From Puccinia triticina (Eukaryota): a stretch of DNA of 64,000 nucleotides. The notes under the pieces are model-generated. The model did no database searches. It worked only from the letters and a program-made list of their open reading frames with translations, and was not told the origin of the DNA. The position numbers were made by a program, and so were the translations under genes. The stretch covers positions 3,782,001 to 3,846,000 of the forward strand of contig CP110439.1 in the NCBI GenBank assembly GCA_026914245.1, written 5' to 3'. Positions 58,510-64,000 of this stretch are shown here, one piece after another; the stretch's first letter is position 1, and each line of letters starts with the position of its first letter.

Positions 58510-59668
58510 CCATGTGGTTGAGGTTTTTGCGTGCAAATCAGGTAATCTTTCACAGATTGCTGGACTAGGTCAAGTTAGCTGCAGTACAGTTCCGTGATGG
58601 TCGGAAGCGTATCGAGGCAAGACAAAAACTCGTCAAAACTAAATTTTCGTCGTTTTTCAATGGGGAAGGTGATTGGCCGAAAGTCACAAAAGCTATGACA
58701 GCTGTCTCGACAGAAAGTTGAGATCTAAAGCACCAAAGAAAGGAAAAGTAACGGTTAATGGGGCCCGCGGCATCAGCTGGCCATGGCATTGGAATTATTC
58801 CCGCGGACTGTTTGTTGCACGCTCCGACTGAGCCCTGACCGGCCATCCATGTCTGTTTTCTTGATGCTGGGCCAAGAATGCCACCATCGTCTTGTGATAA
58901 TTTGATGGGTTGATCACTTAAATCTAAAAGCTCAGAAGTCAGATTTACTGGCGGGATATAGCTTGAGAAGCTCGTCACCTCTCGCGAGCCATGAGATGAA
59001 GACGATGTTCGACCTGATAACATTTTTATCGGGCAGAGTATTTAAGTCAAGGCTTCTGTCGGACTGTGGATATCAGGCGCATTCACATGGGTGTGTGGCT
59101 TGAAGTTGACTTCTGGATAGCCTCCAGTCTCGGATGGCCAGCGAAGCGAGCCCTCAAAGGCTGATATCAGGACGGAGTCTTGGACTTGATGAGCCTCTTG
59201 CCCATTTTATGACCGTTCTACTCAAGTCGAATGCATATCCCAGGGATGTGCTCATGAGTGCTGCCCGCGGTGGCTCGAATGGGCTGAGAAAATCATCCGT
59301 CACAGCGGGTGAGGGAAGCGTTTGCTCAGTACCATCTCAAAACTCCCCGATATCTGGGCTGGGCCTGCGTCGCCCAGTTCCGTCGAGTCTCTTCCCAGAC
59401 CAAACAGCCTCGTTGGAACACTTAAAACCTGCCATCCTTGAACCTTTTAATTTTTCCTCCGAGGCTATATTAAGTTGTCGATCTGGTGACCTCGCCTAAC
59501 AACCCAGGACTGAGTTTCATGCGAAAAGGAAGGAAAGCCGGAACTCTCATAACCTTTCGTTGCAAGAGACCTTCGCCATCCCGACCCACCCACCATTATT
59601 ACATAGCGCCTTCCCAGCCTCAAAAGCTTGTTACCCCGGAAGAAGTCAAGAACCTCACCTCTCTCAAC

Positions 59669-61620
59669 ATGAATCCATCATCTCCACAATCGATTTCCCA
59701 TTCCACCGTAGCGCCAGACTCACCCACCCATTCTGCGGGCCTCTATAACTTCGAAGATGGTTACGACTACATCTCGGAACCCAATGAGAACCTGGTCTGT
59801 CCAATTTGCCGGTAAGAAATGTGGCCAACAAGCATCATTTCTCTGCTATTATCACTCTTACACTGAGGGTCACAACACTGTGGACCTCACATACTCGTTG
59901 CGGGTCCGGCTTCTCTCAAATATGTAGTTTTTCAACAAATGATCCGTGCGATTTGCCCTAGTGTCTCCCCGCCGGGTGTTGCCGTCATAATCTTTGTTTA
60001 CTTGATATCGAATGATTCTTGCAAACTCACTTCTCATCTGTTTGTACTTCTTCCGTTTCCCGTCAATAGGAACCCGTTTATAGAACCAGTCATGTGTGAA
60101 TCCACCGACCACATCTTCTGTCAATCCGTGAGTGAATGGCCAGTGTTTACCGCTCAACTATCTTGTCAAAACCCCGTTCATGGGTGCCATCTGTTTACAT
60201 AAAACCGTGCCACCCCAGTGTAACAAACTTCGCGCTCACCATCCCATTTACCTTCGCTTTTCATCAGTGCCTTATCAAGTCACTGGAGGTCTCTGCAACA
60301 TGTCCGATTGACCGACTGCCACTATCGCTCTCATTGATTGTGCCGGCCCCCAAGATCATCAACAAGCTTGTAGACGAGCTACTAGTGTCCTGTCCGCTCA
60401 AGTCCAAACTCGGCTGCTCCTTCGTCTGCCAACGGGACCTCGTCCTTAACCACGTCCACACCCATCAGGCTCAACTTGATCATGTGGTTATCAATCCATC
60501 CCTTAATCCACAGCAGCCCCAGGCTGCAGCACCATTGCTGGATTCAAACATTTTTCAGCGATCAGTACTTGACCATGTTAACTCAAAATCTGGCCTGTTA
60601 CGCTTTCAATGGCTCAACAACCGGGCAACCTTGGTTTCCAAAGCTCAGGACCCAACCCAGGTGGTTAGCGTGCACACCCACACTTCATCCAACGTAACAC
60701 GCACTGATCTTTGCTCTTGTCATAATCTAACTTCTATCTAGCGATCCGCTACCGATTTAACACGCAATGAATCCAAGTTAAGTCGGTGTCCATGGGAGAG
60801 ATTTGGATGTTCTTTCATGGGCACACCTGAAGAAATTGCCCAGCAACATCTCTCTGTTGCTTCCGACGTGCCTGTCACGTCCGATGTCGCCCGCTGTCGG
60901 TTTGCCTCTATCCAAGAGATCATGTATTGGTTTGAACACCTGGAGGCAAGGAACGTTGAGCTGAAGGGGCAGCTATCACAGTCCTTGGTTCAGCAGGGTC
61001 AACTCACCTCCGTCCTGGATAAACTCAAGGTCAGCTTCCGGCAGCTCTGGAGTTCCCAGAAGACGACTAGTGAGGGCGCAGCTTCGCCGCTGGTCACGGC
61101 TTCAGGGCCCTCTCGCCCTGGAGATCTGCACCGGGCTTCGATCCTCTCACGACTAGAGATCCCAGATGGCTATCCGTCAGAGGCACCATCGCCTGAGCAC
61201 TCGACGGAGGTCAGTCCGACGCACCATCTGAGCGATGATCCGCCCTCGACGAGCGGCTCCCGAATGGCATATGGCGTTAACGGTGCGCGTCTTCGCCGCT
61301 GCGATGACCACCCGGTCTCAGCAATGTGCGCGGGGCGGTGTGCCCAGTTCTACAGCCCGATCGGCTCGCCCGCACAGGTCAAAGTCAGGGTCAAGACTTT
61401 CCTCAGACGAGGCGAGATCCTCACGCCGACTACCGAAGAAATACCTCACGAGTTTCCCGACGCCAGCGCCGAGGCTCCTCTCCCCTCAAAAATTACAGCC
61501 ACTCCTGCAGGCCTGGCTAGCCTCTCCAGCTCCCATTCTAGTCTTAAATCGGGATCGCCCCCGGTCTCTGAAACCCACACTGACCCTAGTGACCTCCCTA
61601 AGAGAATCTCATGGTGGTAG
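59669..61620 (+). CDS. RING-finger / TRAF-type zinc-finger protein (putative E3 ligase), 4 exons
   Basis: Exons ~59669-59811, 60070-60127, 60268-60660 and 60742-61620 give CPICR-NPFIEPVMC..DHIFC..CL.......CPIDR, then CPLK..GC..H, CPWERFGC and a coiled coil. Confidence 0.85.
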
Positions 61621-62130
61621 CACTTGTCTCCATCCATGACTTCGTCTCTTCTTCTTAACCCACGTTCATCGCCTCCCCCCTTCTATCTTGCCTGTTTCTC
61701 TCTCTCTCTGTTGTCTCCTCACAACGTCCTTGTTCCTCTTTCTCTTTCTTGCACTGTTCTTGACATGTCTAAACTCTTCAAAAAAAAAAAAGAGAAAAAA
61801 AGAGAAAAAAATCTCCAATGGGGTGTCGTCCAAATAGCTTGCACACGCACACTAGCAGATTCGGATATGCCACCAATTTCCAGCTCTGGTGTTTTTTTGA
61901 TTTCATGTCTTTGCTAGTATTTGAGGTATGGTGATAGGTAGCAAAGCATTGTTCATAAGAATGTATATATTGATATACATATTCTATGTGCTGTAAATAA
62001 ACCAAAATCCATCAATTTTTTGCCCATTCTTGATCTCTCTTTTTATTTCTGGTAGCTTGCAAGCAAAATCTTGCCTACATTCACAATTAGCAAGGATCAT
62101 GATAATGCATCTCTTAAATGGGACAGTTGT

Positions 62131-63579
62131 CACCATGGGAGTTTGCTCAGCACTTGCATGCAAGTGCCATCTCTGAACTCAGTTATAGATTTTGTTGGAT
62201 CTCAATTAGATACTGGTTTGAAGGCAAGGTTCATTTCTGACACAACATATTCTTATATTAACTTGAACAACACTTGATGTATTGTATAATGAATGTGTAA
62301 AATGTATGCCATACCTATCCTGGAAACAAGGCCAATTTAATGATAAGGTTTACTTGATCCTCAATCTTGACCAAAGTTCCTCATGTTTTGATGGTGATGA
62401 TTTTTGACCTCTTTGTAAACACATACCCTGTTGGTTTCTCAGAAACTATTTTTATATTGATTTTCAGGGTGCACACCAAAAATCTGCTAGTTTTTGTTAA
62501 ATTGCTTCTATTACACATGGTTCAAACTTATGATGGAGTGTAGTGAGACTCTGGGAGGTCTGATTTGGCCCTGGTACTATGGTTTGACTTTGGCTTGCAT
62601 TGACTGAGGGTCGCACTGTCACACAAACGTATAATGCGTGCGGGATTGTGTGACAACTTGTGTCACACAAACGTACGCGCGTACGTTTGTGTGACACATT
62701 GTCCATCACAAAACAATATTGCGCCACACTGAGTGCCCCCACAGAACCAGGGGATTCAGAGAACCATGACAAATTTTACTTGATTTTCATACATCTGTAC
62801 ATAAATCTCTTTGAGGAGATTTTCTTAAGTCATTCACAACCCCGTGTAATCTGAGGTCCCCCTGGACTTGTCCCAGAATTTGAACTCCCTGAGGAAAAAC
62901 TTTAGCAGCTGAAGAATATTTTACACAAATTTAAACATGCATGGTGGTGTGTCACATTTTTCATCACTGAGCCAACTGACACCAAGCTGAGCGCACATGC
63001 AGCACCACAGGCTTATCTGGACCCTTCACAAATTGTATGTAGTTTTCAGCAATATGTATGAATAAAATTTTAGGGAGATTTTATGAAGTCATGTCCAACT
63101 CCTAGTTAATATGAGGTTTTTTCCCATGGACTTTTCCCTGAGCTTCAGCTATGTTTTGAAAAACTTCAGCAACTGAAGAATGTGTCACACAAATGTACAT
63201 GTGCATGTTTTTGTGACACTAACATACATAAAGATTTTTGGAATTTATGATAAACACATGATAAATCCAAATATATCATTCTTGTGAAAAACTGCTTTTT
63301 TAAATTTTTCTGCGGTGTATTTGATATTGCTTTGCAAGGCAGTTTGAAATGTGTTCTCAAATAGTTCCAATAATACATAGAGTCAAGTTTGGGCTGGTTT
63401 TCAATCAAATTCAACCCTTTTTCAGCATTCCTTCAGCTCAATTGAGCATCATCTCAACATGAATTCATCATGACTTCAGTGTATTTTGAGGTTAATGTTA
63501 CAGGATATATCTAACAGGGTTCTTAAACAATATTGTGCAATGGCACTTGCGTGCAAGTGCCAAGCAAACTCCCATGGTG
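62131..63579. mobile_element. Non-autonomous CACC-terminal CACTA-like element (1,449 bp)
   Basis: 39-bp TIR CACCATGGGAGTTTGCT(CA/TG)GCACTTGCA(T/C)GCAAGTGCCA, 3-bp TSD TGT/TGT, and a 40-bp perfect palindrome at 62659-62698. Confidence 0.88.
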
Positions 63580-64000
63580 TGTGCTATGAGTAATAATAGC
63601 CCTGGGTGATTTTTCTCACAGCAACCAATACAAGAAAAACTCTAGAAACTGCCAGCAGTTGACATGTGGCATACTCCAGTGTAACTGCCATTGAAACTCT
63701 ACATAACTACATCATGACCTTTCATCTAGCTTGTACAGCCTCTCCATCAACTGCACAAAGTGCGGGAGAGGCTTGTGTCTAAAACGTGCATGCTTGCGTG
63801 TCATGGTTGGGCTTCTGAGGTCCTTTTTGTTTGTAAAAATCATGTAAAATACACACAACCACCCAGTGGATAATAATGTTGGGCAGAGTGTGCCCAAGAT
63901 GGGGGTCTTTATCCCCATCAAGAAGGATTTTGAATTTTTCAAAAATTGTATGTGTAGGATTTTTTACAAGCCAATTTTAGTCCAACATGACTTTTTTTTT

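Overview
Eukaryotic, intron-containing, transposon-dense DNA. Gene style and TE families suggest a rust fungus (Pucciniales); this is an inference. The main structure is a 31.3-kb CACTA/CMC-like DNA transposon (20755-52093) with perfect 40-bp TIRs and an ATG target-site duplication, inserted in the 3' LTR of a decayed Copia. It carries a TnpD-type (Transposase_21) DDE transposase, two paralogous accessory ORFs, a TET/JBP-like 2OG-Fe(II) dioxygenase, a SNF2 helicase, a Kelch-repeat gene and other cargo. It was later hit by a Gag-only LTR retroelement and a solo LTR. The left part holds a Mutator transposase, a chromodomain gene, a Helitron 3' end, and a nested Copia/hAT/LTR/MITE stack. The right part holds likely host genes (ORC2, a RhoGAP, a RING/TRAF-zinc-finger protein) and several MITEs, one with TIRs related to the giant element. 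Many inactivating changes are TCG>TTG transitions. All domain calls were made by eye from motifs and have not been confirmed by database search.
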